Part shown: positions 17,643-25,122 of the stretch, in pieces
Position numbering within the stretch: position 1 is the first letter of the stretch
How the letters are laid out: each line of letters starts with the position of its first letter
Translations under genes and position numbers: made by a program
Source of the DNA: Burkholderiales bacterium
Lineage (GTDB): Bacteria; Pseudomonadota; Gammaproteobacteria; Burkholderiales; SG8-39
Direction of reading: 5' to 3'
DNA length: 33,591 bases
Assembly: GCA_919902965.1 (NCBI GenBank)
Contig: CAKKSJ010000276.1
Coordinates: 1 to 33,591, forward strand
Notes under the pieces: generated by a model
What the model was told of the DNA's origin: nothing
What the model saw: only the letters and a program-made list of their open reading frames with translations
Databases searched by the model: none

Positions 17643-18341
17643 GCGCCATTTGACAAGCGCCTCCTCTGCCGCCGCCCGCGCGTGTATGGTCGTGGTATCA
17701 AACAGCGGTACCACGGAATCCTGCTGGCTGACGAGAAGAGATATTTCCGTGCAGCCGAGAATAATGGCCTGCGCGCCTTGTGATGCCAGGCTATCCATGA
17801 CGCGTCGATACGCGCTGCGGGACTCGGGCAGAACAAGCCCTAAACACAGTTCTTCGTAAATGATGCGATGGATGGTCTTGCGGTCTTCCGCTTTCGGGAC
17901 GATCACTTGCAGCCCGTGACGTTCGCTCAAGCGGTCGCGGTAGAAGGCATCTTCCATCGTGAACCGCGTCCCGAGCAGGCCGACGCTGGAGTGGCCCGCC
18001 CGTTTGATTTCCGCTGCGGTCGGATCGGCGATGTGAAGCAATGGAATGCTGACAGCCGACTCAATGCTGGGGGCTACTTTGTGCATGGTGTTCGTGCATA
18101 AGACCAGGAATTCCGCACCGGCAGTCTCGAGCGAGCGAGCCGCTTTGGCCAAAACGGCTCCGGCAGCTTCCCAGTTGCCGGCATGCTGAAATTGCTCGAT
18201 GTCATGGAAGTCGACACTGTAGAGAAGCAATTTTGCCGAATGCAATCCACCCAGGCGGTCTTTGATCGTCTCGTTGATCAGCCGGTAATACGGAACTGTC
18301 GACTCCCAACTCATGCCGCCGATCAAACCGATGATTTTCAA
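17613..18341 (-). CDS. Aspartate/glutamate racemase family protein (gene cassette)
   Basis: IGLIGGMSWEST, LCTNTMH, LLGTRFTM and ILGCTEI. TTG start after GGAG. Confidence 0.93.
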   Translation of the reverse strand: MKIIGLIGGMSWESTVPYYRLINETIKDRLGGLHSAKLLLYSVDFHDIEQFQHAGNWEAAGAVLAKAARSLETAGAEFLVLCTNTMHKVAPSIESAVSIPLLHIADPTAAEIKRAGHSSVGLLGTRFTMEDAFYRDRLSERHGLQVIVPKAEDRKTIHRIIYEELCLGLVLPESRSAYRRVMDSLASQGAQAIILGCTEISLLVSQQDSVVPLFDTTTIHARAAAEEALVKWRPEPAFEGNA

Positions 18342-18368
18342 GTACGCTCTCCAGTGGTCAATGCTGAC

Positions 18369-18409
18369 GCGCAAGCTTTCCTTCAGCGGCGCGCAATGGA
18401 TGCTTGAGC
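18369..18409 (-). repeat. Internally shortened attC-like site (R'' GCTCAAG, R' CTTGCGC)
   Basis: 41 bp: GCTCAAG CATCCATTGCGCGCCGCTGAAGGAAAG CTTGCGC. It shares GCGCCGCTGAA with the site at 19394. Confidence 0.55.
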
Positions 18410-18817
18410 ATCCGCCACACCGATATACCACTTCGGCTTTATGCGTCCGAAGTCGCTGCGGATGTGTTGCCGGAGACCTTGCCTCGAGTCCAGGACGGAC
18501 GGCCGCTCGTTCTCCCGGGCGAACACTACCCAATGCCAGAAGGGTCGCCCACGTTCGAGATGCCATTTGATCGACAACAGGGCCAGATCGGGAAGCGCGT
18601 CCCAGGATCGGAACGGCGTCTCGGTGGCGTCTGCTTTAAGGCCAAAGCGGCGAAGCAGCTTGCGCACATGGGCAGTCTCCGACCAGAGCCTCTGGTCGTC
18701 CGCGTAAATGTCAAGAGCGCTGGCTACGTATTTCGCGCGCGAATACGATACGCCCGCAATCGCGGCGACACTCGCGATACCGCAACCTGTGGGCTCAAGT
18801 TGAATTACCGGCTTCAT
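18383..18817 (-). CDS. Hypothetical protein, peptidase C39-like (papain-fold) cassette
   Basis: Q-x4-GCG near the N-terminus, HWVV and VLD give a putative Q/C/H/D catalytic set. Confidence 0.65.
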   Translation of the reverse strand: MKPVIQLEPTGCGIASVAAIAGVSYSRAKYVASALDIYADDQRLWSETAHVRKLLRRFGLKADATETPFRSWDALPDLALLSIKWHLERGRPFWHWVVFARENERPSVLDSRQGLRQHIRSDFGRIKPKWYIGVADAQASIARR

Positions 18818-18823
18818 GCGGAT

Positions 18824-18881
18824 GCTCAAGCAGATGCAATCGGGCTGCGCGCTGCCGCGCCAGCTTGACCGCACTTTGGGC
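18824..18881 (-). repeat. Degenerate attC-like site (R'' GCCCAAA, R' CTTGAGC)
   Basis: 58 bp starting at the GNAT stop codon. R'' GCCCAA is complementary to the cassette start TTGGGC at 19394-19399. Confidence 0.55.
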
Positions 18882-19375
18882 TACACCGGCAGATGATACT
18901 CGAAACGTTGTTCATTGACCTCGGCGCCCCAGTGACCGCCGCGTTGCTGTCGGGTCAGGCGGAACCCGTACTTCTCATATAGATGACGCGCAGCAGCCAA
19001 GCCTTCAAAGGTCCACAAATAGATCTTTTTGTATTCTCGCGCGCGGCAAAAATCGAGCGCGGTACTTATCAGTTTGTTGCCCGCCCCGTTCCCGCGCAGG
19101 GCGTCGGAGACGATAAACCAGCGTAGATGTGCGCCTTCCGTTTCGGCCTCGCCAGCATCGATAGTGATCGAGCCTTCGATACGACCGTCGGAGAGCGCTA
19201 GCCACATGCCGTCGCGGGCGGCATCAAAACGGCGCAGGAACTCAGACAGCTCGCAAGCTACCTTGCTTTCAAAGTAAAGGCCGAATCCGCTGTGCCGCTG
19301 ATAGTAGGTGCCGTGTAGCTCGGTGATGCGGCCAATCGCGCCCGGCGCGTAATCTGCGGAGATTTCCAGGCTCAT
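18881..19375 (-). CDS. GNAT family N-acetyltransferase (gene cassette)
   Basis: AHLRWFIV..ALRGNGAG, IYLWTFEGLAAARHLYEKYGF. ATG at 19375 with RBS GGAG. Confidence 0.92.
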   Translation of the reverse strand: MSLEISADYAPGAIGRITELHGTYYQRHSGFGLYFESKVACELSEFLRRFDAARDGMWLALSDGRIEGSITIDAGEAETEGAHLRWFIVSDALRGNGAGNKLISTALDFCRAREYKKIYLWTFEGLAAARHLYEKYGFRLTRQQRGGHWGAEVNEQRFEYHLPV

Positions 19376-19393
19376 TCGAGATCTCCCATCGAG

Positions 19394-19460
19394 GCCCAAG
19401 GTCTGAATTCAGCGGCGCTGCGCGGCTTCATGCGCGTCGCCCTGCAAGCCGTGCTTGGGC
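19394..19460 (-). repeat. attC-like site (R'' GCCCAAG, R' CTTGGGC)
   Basis: 67 bp with perfectly complementary 7-bp outer boxes. Inner TTGCAG/CTGAA pair with an extrahelical base around a GC-rich central region. Confidence 0.75.
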
Positions 19461-19509
19461 GGCAGCGCGATTGAATCGGCCGGATCCCGATAGTCGCCGG
19501 CGCCGGCGT

Positions 19510-19965
19510 TCAGATTCCCGGGTAGCCGCGTTCCTCCAGGTCGAAACGATCCTCCTCGAGTGCGGTCGCCACGTCGCGCTGCAGGCCTATGCGTACCAGC
19601 GGCGCAAGGAGACTGAGCACTCCGTTCAACGGCATCTCGACCGTAGTCCGAACGCGCGTGCGGTCCGGGCCCACCGATTCGAATTCCTGGGTGATTAGCA
19701 GTCCCGCGTTCGATCCAGAGAGACTGCGCAGGGTCGAGCTGCCGTCGGTACGGCGCAAGACTTCGATCTCATCCTCCTGAAGCATGCCGAAAACGCGTCG
19801 GCGCCCCGTGAACCGACATCCGCCTTGCGTCGGGCGCACGCTGCTCACCTCAAGGTCGGCGTGCACCCGCGTCGACGCGTGATGCTCCATGTCGATGAAC
19901 TGCTTCTGCACCACCCCGATCGGGCGCGCGATGAGCTTTTCGCCGTGGACGACAATGCTAGCCAT
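19510..19965 (-). CDS. SRPBCC/polyketide cyclase-like protein (gene cassette)
   Basis: RBS AAGGGGG. Size and pattern (IARP...F.D..H, C-terminal amphipathic helix) fit an SRPBCC fold. Confidence 0.65.
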   Translation of the reverse strand: MASIVVHGEKLIARPIGVVQKQFIDMEHHASTRVHADLEVSSVRPTQGGCRFTGRRRVFGMLQEDEIEVLRRTDGSSTLRSLSGSNAGLLITQEFESVGPDRTRVRTTVEMPLNGVLSLLAPLVRIGLQRDVATALEEDRFDLEERGYPGI

Positions 19966-20098
19966 ATTTCCCCCTTCGGTGACCCTTGATAGACATCGCT
20001 TATCGACGAATGCTGCGTAAGTTTGGCCGAATGCGCAATTCTCCGGCGACCCTTACACCTGCCATAGCCGCATGGCGACAATCTTCAGACGGCGTCCC

Positions 20099-20200
20099 CT
20101 ATGCCGCCCAGCGCCAAAGCTCAGCTGCGGCAGTCACCTCGGAGATGACGCCAACATCGTCCTTTGTCTCGTCTCTTATCACGATTCCTTGTGTCGTCAC
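20099..20200 (-). pseudogene. Truncated GNAT (YhbS-like) cassette fused to the right half of an attC
   Basis: MTTQGIVIRDETKDDVGVISEVTAAA, followed directly by GCAGCTGAGCTTTGGC-GCTGGGC (L'/R'-like, 20106-20128). Confidence 0.65.
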
Positions 20201-20226
20201 GGCAATCTCATTTTACGTCGTTGCAG

Positions 20227-20297
20227 GCCCAACGTGAAAGTAACCGGCGCTGCGCGGTTTTCCCGCGCAGCGTCCGTGTTTGACTGCCGGCTTGGGT
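20227..20297 (-). repeat. attC site (R'' ACCCAAG, R' GTTGGGC)
   Basis: 71 bp with a central perfect stem CGCTGCGCGG/CCGCGCAGCG and a canonical GTTRRRY right end. Confidence 0.85.
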
Positions 20298-20325
20298 CGA
20301 TTTGGCGAGGGTCAACGGACGGCTC

Positions 20326-21414
20326 CTAAGCGGAAAACCGCTCAACCGCCTTTTCATTCCAGGCAACGCCGCTTCCCATGGATCCCTCTATGTTGGCCAT
20401 GCCCTTGTTGATCTCCAGGGGTTCGCTCATGATCGGATTCCACCAATCCACATATTCGAGCCAGTGGGCCGTCGGCGCCAGGCATAGAAGCTGTGCGCTT
20501 ATCTCCGGCCAGAGATGGTTGGAAAGGCGAATGCTTTTGGCTTGCGCGAGGCTCGCAGCCCGCAACCAACCCGTTACACCACCAATTTTCATAACGTCTG
20601 GCATCATGAAATCCGAGGCGCGTGCATCGATTGCATGCTGCATGTCCAGAGTGCCCCACCAGTTCTCACCACACTGGATCGGTGTTTTTGCTTCAGCGGC
20701 GATGACTGCATGCCCGGCATAGTCATGGGCGAGTGTCGGTTCCTCCACCCAGGTGAGGCCTTCTTCATCCAGTACGCGCAAGCGCTGCACCGCCTCCACC
20801 GGGGTCAAGCACTGGTTGTAGTCCACCATGATTGCGACCGAGTCGCCCACGGCGCTTCGCATGGCGCGAATCACCGCCAAGTCGTCCTGGACCGTGGCAT
20901 AACCAATCTTTGCTTTGATTCCGGCAAATCCCTGTTTGACCCACTCCCGCGCAGTCTTGGCGGAACCTTCGACCCCGTCATATCCCACTGCGCCGTAGGC
21001 CGGAATTGGTTTTGCGACGCCGCCGAGCAGACGCACCAGCGGTACGCCGTGGCTACGCGCAAGCGCATCCCAAAGTGCCATGTCAATGGCGGAAAGAGCG
21101 ATGCCGACAAGGCCTTGTGTGCCCAACAAACGAAAGCGCCTGGAGAGTTTCTGCTCGATCTCGGCCGGGGCTAGCAGATCGCCCGTGATAAGTGACTCCA
21201 GATTTCGAATCAGGTCCGCCGTCGGCTTCAGCGCAGCGGCAGTGTACGTAAACACTACGCTGTGGCCGACAACCCCGTCCTCGGTCGTGATGTCTGTCAG
21301 CACAAGGGGCGATTCTGAAACGGTGCCGCCGGCAGTCTGGTGCGGGTGCGCCATCGGCACACGGACTGCGCGCACCTCTACCGCTCGTATTCTGGACCTC
21401 ATGTCATGCGTCAT
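20326..21414 (-). CDS. mdlA: Mandelate racemase (enolase superfamily; gene cassette)
   Basis: KxK (IKAKIGY), IMVDYNQ, WVEEPTL.HDY.GH, GENW, MPD.MKIGGVTGW, S.HL..EISA and PTAHWLE. These match my recollection of the Pseudomonas putida mandelate racemase motifs. Confidence 0.8.
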   Translation of the reverse strand: MTHDMRSRIRAVEVRAVRVPMAHPHQTAGGTVSESPLVLTDITTEDGVVGHSVVFTYTAAALKPTADLIRNLESLITGDLLAPAEIEQKLSRRFRLLGTQGLVGIALSAIDMALWDALARSHGVPLVRLLGGVAKPIPAYGAVGYDGVEGSAKTAREWVKQGFAGIKAKIGYATVQDDLAVIRAMRSAVGDSVAIMVDYNQCLTPVEAVQRLRVLDEEGLTWVEEPTLAHDYAGHAVIAAEAKTPIQCGENWWGTLDMQHAIDARASDFMMPDVMKIGGVTGWLRAASLAQAKSIRLSNHLWPEISAQLLCLAPTAHWLEYVDWWNPIMSEPLEINKGMANIEGSMGSGVAWNEKAVERFSA

Positions 21415-21435
21415 GGCAGGCTCCATCTGAGGTAG

Positions 21436-21492
21436 ACCCAAGGCAAAGCTAAGTCGCAGCCGAAGGCGGTCGCCTTGAGCGCCATGTTATGC
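21436..21492 (-). repeat. attC site (R'' GCATAAC, R' CTTGGGT)
   Basis: 57 bp. R'' contains the methyltransferase TAA stop. L'' GCTCAAG pairs with L' CTTAGC with an extrahelical C, and the centre is GCC-TTC-GGC. Confidence 0.85.
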
Positions 21493-22131
21493 CCGCCTTT
21501 TTCTGGCATCAATCAACGTGTAGACGCCAAAGACCATTTCACGCGTTTCGACCTGTGCAGCTTTTTCATTTATGAAATCCACAATCGCCCCAACAGGCTT
21601 GGCGCCTACAACCATCGATTTCAGATATATGTAGGCATTTGCTAGCGGATGGTACCAATTGGACTTGAGAGGAATTGAGTCAATAATTAGCAATTGGCCG
21701 CCCGGCTTCAGAATAGAGATGCCTTTTTCTATTGCTCTTTGATAATCAGGCATCGCAGTGAGGGCGAGGCAAAACACTACTGCATCGGCCTTGTTCGTCG
21801 GTGAGAAGTCATACATGTCCATGCACTCAAAGCGGACGTTGCGCCAGCCATTGCTTACTCTTTTTTGGTTCGCCAGATCAATCATTTGACTGGAGAAATC
21901 AATGCCAATTATCTCTATTGATTCGCCGTATCTTCCTAAAATGCTTGGCACTACGGAGGCGGGGCCACAACCCAACTCAACCACGGTGCCCCCTTCGGGG
22001 AGGTCAAGCCTATTTGCCACCTCATCATAAAGCCGGGAGGCCTGACCGAGGCTCAAAAGGAAAGCAACGAAGTCGTAACTTGAAGCCACAAGATCATATT
22101 TGTTCTTATTAGCTACTTGCCTGATGTCCAC
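21487..22131 (-). CDS. Class I SAM-dependent methyltransferase (gene cassette, low GC)
   Basis: VVELGCGP, GIDFS..M and LKPGGQLLI. GTG start with RBS GGAGG. Visibly more AT-rich than the flanks. Confidence 0.9.
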   Translation of the reverse strand: MDIRQVANKNKYDLVASSYDFVAFLLSLGQASRLYDEVANRLDLPEGGTVVELGCGPASVVPSILGRYGESIEIIGIDFSSQMIDLANQKRVSNGWRNVRFECMDMYDFSPTNKADAVVFCLALTAMPDYQRAIEKGISILKPGGQLLIIDSIPLKSNWYHPLANAYIYLKSMVVGAKPVGAIVDFINEKAAQVETREMVFGVYTLIDARKRRA

Positions 22132-22204
22132 CTTAACCTCCCCGAAGTTTATTCAGTATTCCATCGTGTTTCGGGCATAAGGTCGTCGCCAACCGGCGGC
22201 CCGC

Positions 22205-22945
22205 TTAGCTGAAGTCCGGCGCAATCAGGTCCAGCCGGTCGGTGACAATCGCGTCGACGCCCCAATCGAGCAGCACGCGCGCAGTCTCCGGGTCGTTGAC
22301 GGTGTAGCACAGCAGCCAGTAGCCCGCCTCGCGCACCGCGCGCGCCTGCTGCGGCAGCAGCATGCGGTAGTCGCAGTGCAGCGACACGCAGCCGAGCTTT
22401 TGCATCCAGTGTTTCCAGTCGGCCGGGATGGTCTGGGTCAGGCCGCCGCGCGGCAATTCCGGCACCGCTTCCCTGGCGGCAGCGAGCGCTGCGGGCTGGA
22501 ACGAGCACAGCAGGGGCTGCACCGCCGCGCCGCGCCAGAGTTCGCGCGCGGCGCGCGCCGCCGCTGTGCCGGTCTGCGCTTCGAATCCCTTGCTTGGCTT
22601 GATTTCGATGTCGGCCCAGAGCCCGAGTTCCACGCACAAGCGGCCCGCCTGCTCGAAGCTCGGCACGGGTTCGCCGGCGTGTTGCGCGGAGAACCAGCTG
22701 CCGGCGTCGAGCGTGAGCATGTCGCGGTACGCGGTCGCGGCGATAGCGCCGCTGCCGCTGGTGGTGCGCGCCAGCGTCTCGTCGTGCATCAGGATCGGGG
22801 TGGCGTCGCCGGCCAGCATGACGTCGAATTCGACCCCGGCAAAGCCGAGTTGCTTCGCCTTGCGCATGCCGGCGAGCGTGTTTTCCGGCGCAAGCGTGCC
22901 GCCGCCGCGGTGCGCGATGATGCGCGGATAGGGCCAGGGCTTCAT
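22205..22945 (-). CDS. ugpQ: Glycerophosphodiester phosphodiesterase
   Basis: WPYPRIIAHRGGG.LAPENT, VEFDV, LMHDETL.RT, IEIKP, YTVND and IVTD. Confidence 0.95.
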   Translation of the reverse strand: MKPWPYPRIIAHRGGGTLAPENTLAGMRKAKQLGFAGVEFDVMLAGDATPILMHDETLARTTSGSGAIAATAYRDMLTLDAGSWFSAQHAGEPVPSFEQAGRLCVELGLWADIEIKPSKGFEAQTGTAAARAARELWRGAAVQPLLCSFQPAALAAAREAVPELPRGGLTQTIPADWKHWMQKLGCVSLHCDYRMLLPQQARAVREAGYWLLCYTVNDPETARVLLDWGVDAIVTDRLDLIAPDFS

Positions 22946-23388
22946 TTTTGTTTCTTCCGTATATATAGCGTATGCACCACGCGGGCGACCACTGCGCCGG
23001 CTTCGTTTTTGACTTCCACCGGAAATTGCGGCAGGTATTTCTCGCCAGCGGCGGTGTGCGCCTTGATGTCGGCGATGGTCGCGTCGTCAATCGCGAAATG
23101 CGCATGCACCTTGCTCTTTTCGGCAATCAGGTATTCGATTGCGCCGCCTTTGTGCGACACCACATAAGCGCTGCCGAGGATGTGGATCAGCATCAGCATG
23201 TAGAACGGATCGGTCATGGCATAGAGGCTGCCGCCGAAATGGGTGCCGATGTAATTGCGGTTATGCCACTTGCGCGAGAGTTCGACCTCGATCTCGCGGT
23301 AATCGGGCGCAATGCGCTTGACGCGAATGCCGGTGGCGCGAAACGGCGACCACAGGTTCATGCCGACGCGCAGCCACCTCGCTTTCAC
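22942..23388 (-). CDS. DUF4442 hotdog-fold (thioesterase-like) protein
   Basis: MNLWSPF..TGIRV, NRNYIGTHFGGSLYAMTDPFYMLML and LYIRKK. The probable start is GTG 23388. Confidence 0.88.
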   Translation of the reverse strand: MKARWLRVGMNLWSPFRATGIRVKRIAPDYREIEVELSRKWHNRNYIGTHFGGSLYAMTDPFYMLMLIHILGSAYVVSHKGGAIEYLIAEKSKVHAHFAIDDATIADIKAHTAAGEKYLPQFPVEVKNEAGAVVARVVHTLYIRKKQK

Positions 23389-23400
23389 GGTTGAATACGA

Positions 23401-23424
23401 TATGAGGGGATATGTCCCCTCATA
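23401..23424. repeat. Perfect 10-bp inverted repeat
   Basis: TATGAGGGGA-tatg-TCCCCTCATA, about 12 bp upstream of the DUF4442 start. Confidence 0.8.
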
Positions 23425-23473
23425 CTCCCCCAAGTCAGGGCCGCTTCGGCAATTCGGAATCGGCTTGGGTAAG

Positions 23474-23665
23474 TCAAGCGATCTCCAGGCGCTCGGGTCG
23501 GATGCCCATCACCGGTTCGCGTCCGCTGAGCACTGCCGGCACTGGCACGGAAAGATGTACGCCGTCGGCGAGCGCAAAGCCGGATGTATCTGCGCGGCCA
23601 CGCAGGAAATTCATTGCGCGCGAGTCGACGAATCCGGCGACGTACTGGGTTGTCGGGCGCTGATT
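23474..23665 (-). pseudogene. ugpC: Internal remnant of a UgpC/MalK-type ABC ATPase
   Basis: QRPTTQYVAGFVDSRAMNFLRG...LADGVHL...VMGIRPERLEIA*, which matches the P..FVAGFIGSPAMNF...LGIRPEH region. Confidence 0.8.
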
Positions 23666-23796
23666 CGCCGATCGCGACCTCGCCGCCGGTGCTAGGCTGG
23701 CACAAAATCCTCCAGCTTCGCCGCCAAGAACAGGCTATCTTGCCTCCCGTCGTACCCCGTTTACACGTCATCGAAATTCAACAGCCTGTCAGCGCC

Positions 23797-25122
23797 TCAA
23801 CGCTTGCCAGCCTTGTAGGCGTGCTCGAACTTGCGCAACTCGGCGTTGCCGCGGGTCACCGCGTCGTCCAGCGCCTGTTTCGGTCCCTTCTTCCGCGCCC
23901 ACACCGCTTCCAGTTCCTCGTCGATGATGTCGCGGATCTGCGCGAAATGGCCCAGACGTATGCCCCTGGAGTCCTTGGTCGGCTGGTGCAGCAGCAGTTG
24001 CTGGACGGCGATATCGGCGCCGGGGTTGGCTTCATAGTAGCCCTGTTTCCTGGTGAGTTCGTAGGCCGCTTTGGTAGTCGGCAAATAGCCGGTTCTCTGG
24101 TGCCACTCGGCCTCGATCTCCGGCGAGGAAATGAAAGTGAAAAATTTCGCCACGCCCTTGTACTCGGCCGGCTTTTTGCCCGCCATCGCCCACAGGCTCG
24201 CGCTGCCGACGATCGTGTTTTGCGGCGCGCCCTTTACATCCTCGTAGTAGGGCAGTTGCGCCACGCCGAATTCGAACCTGGAATTGCGCTTGATGTTGGC
24301 GTAGGCGGAGGAAGAACTGGTCAGCATGGCGCAATCGCCGCCATAGAATTTCGCCTCGGCCTCGTTCCTGCGGCCGGCGTAGTCGAACAGCCTCGACTTG
24401 ACCCAGGACGAGAGCTTGGCGATGTGCCGCAGCATGATCTGGGTGTTGAACATGAGCTCGGCGTCCAGGCCGCCGTAGCCGTTCTGCTTGGTGGCGAATT
24501 CTAGGTTATGCCAGGCGCTCATGTTCTCCAGTTGCACCCAGGATTGCCAGCCGGTGGTGAAGCCGCAAGCCATGCCCGCGTCCGTGACTTTTATCGTTGC
24601 CGCCTCCACCTCGTCCCAGGTCTCGGGCGGCTTGGAAGGATCGAGCCCCGCTTTCCTGAACGCGTCCTTGTTGTAGAAGAACACCGGGGTGGAGCTGCTG
24701 AATGGCATCGACAGCATGCGTCCCTGGGTATCAGTGTAATAGCTGGCGACTGCCGGTATGTAGGCTTTGGGGTCAAACTTTTCCCCCGCCTGGGCCATCA
24801 CCTGGTACACCGGCTTGATCGCTTTTGCGCCCGCCATCATGGTGGCGGTGTCGGCCTCGGATATCTGTACCAAGTGCGGAGCCTTGCTGGTGTGAAACGC
24901 CGCCACCGCTGCGCGCATCGACTCGCCGTATGTGCCCTTGAACTCCGGTATTACCTTGTAGGCCGATTGCGCGGCGTTGAACTTGTCGGCGATGTCGTTG
25001 ACGGAATCGCCCAGGTCGCCGGTCATCGAGTGCCACCACTTGATCTCGATGGCGGCCTGGACGCTACCCGCAGCGAATGCGCAGGCCGCGGCGAGTGCGA
25101 GGCAAAGCTTCTTGGTCCTCAT
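23797..25122 (-). CDS. ugpB: Second UgpB-family substrate-binding protein
   Basis: EIKWWHSM, GWQSWVQLENMSAWH, GAPQNTIVGSASLW, WHQRTGYLP and SRGIRLG, plus a signal peptide. Confidence 0.92.
   Translation of the reverse strand: MRTKKLCLALAAACAFAAGSVQAAIEIKWWHSMTGDLGDSVNDIADKFNAAQSAYKVIPEFKGTYGESMRAAVAAFHTSKAPHLVQISEADTATMMAGAKAIKPVYQVMAQAGEKFDPKAYIPAVASYYTDTQGRMLSMPFSSSTPVFFYNKDAFRKAGLDPSKPPETWDEVEAATIKVTDAGMACGFTTGWQSWVQLENMSAWHNLEFATKQNGYGGLDAELMFNTQIMLRHIAKLSSWVKSRLFDYAGRRNEAEAKFYGGDCAMLTSSSSAYANIKRNSRFEFGVAQLPYYEDVKGAPQNTIVGSASLWAMAGKKPAEYKGVAKFFTFISSPEIEAEWHQRTGYLPTTKAAYELTRKQGYYEANPGADIAVQQLLLHQPTKDSRGIRLGHFAQIRDIIDEELEAVWARKKGPKQALDDAVTRGNAELRKFEHAYKAGKR

Larger units (their letters stand above)
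17447..22181 (-). mobile_element. Integron-type gene cassette array with no integrase in the window (CALIN-like), about 8 cassettes, degenerate
   Basis: Co-oriented unrelated ORFs, several with lower GC, separated by attC-like palindromes. For the methyltransferase, mandelate racemase, SRPBCC, GNAT and C39-like cassettes, the first bases are complementary to the cassette's own R'' box. Confidence 0.8.

Noticed and set aside
17378-17836. 152-aa minus-strand ORF as an intact gene
   Set aside because: It is a chimera of an off-frame racemase sequence, a half attC, the GFA remnant and antisense algC.
18401-18832. 15-bp inverted repeats as IS/MITE terminal repeats
   Set aside because: There is no transposase or target-site duplication, and the repeats coincide with cassette R boxes.
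17599-21492. Spaced palindromes as a CRISPR array or REP elements
   Set aside because: The repeats are non-identical, separated by whole genes and have attC architecture. No cas genes are present.
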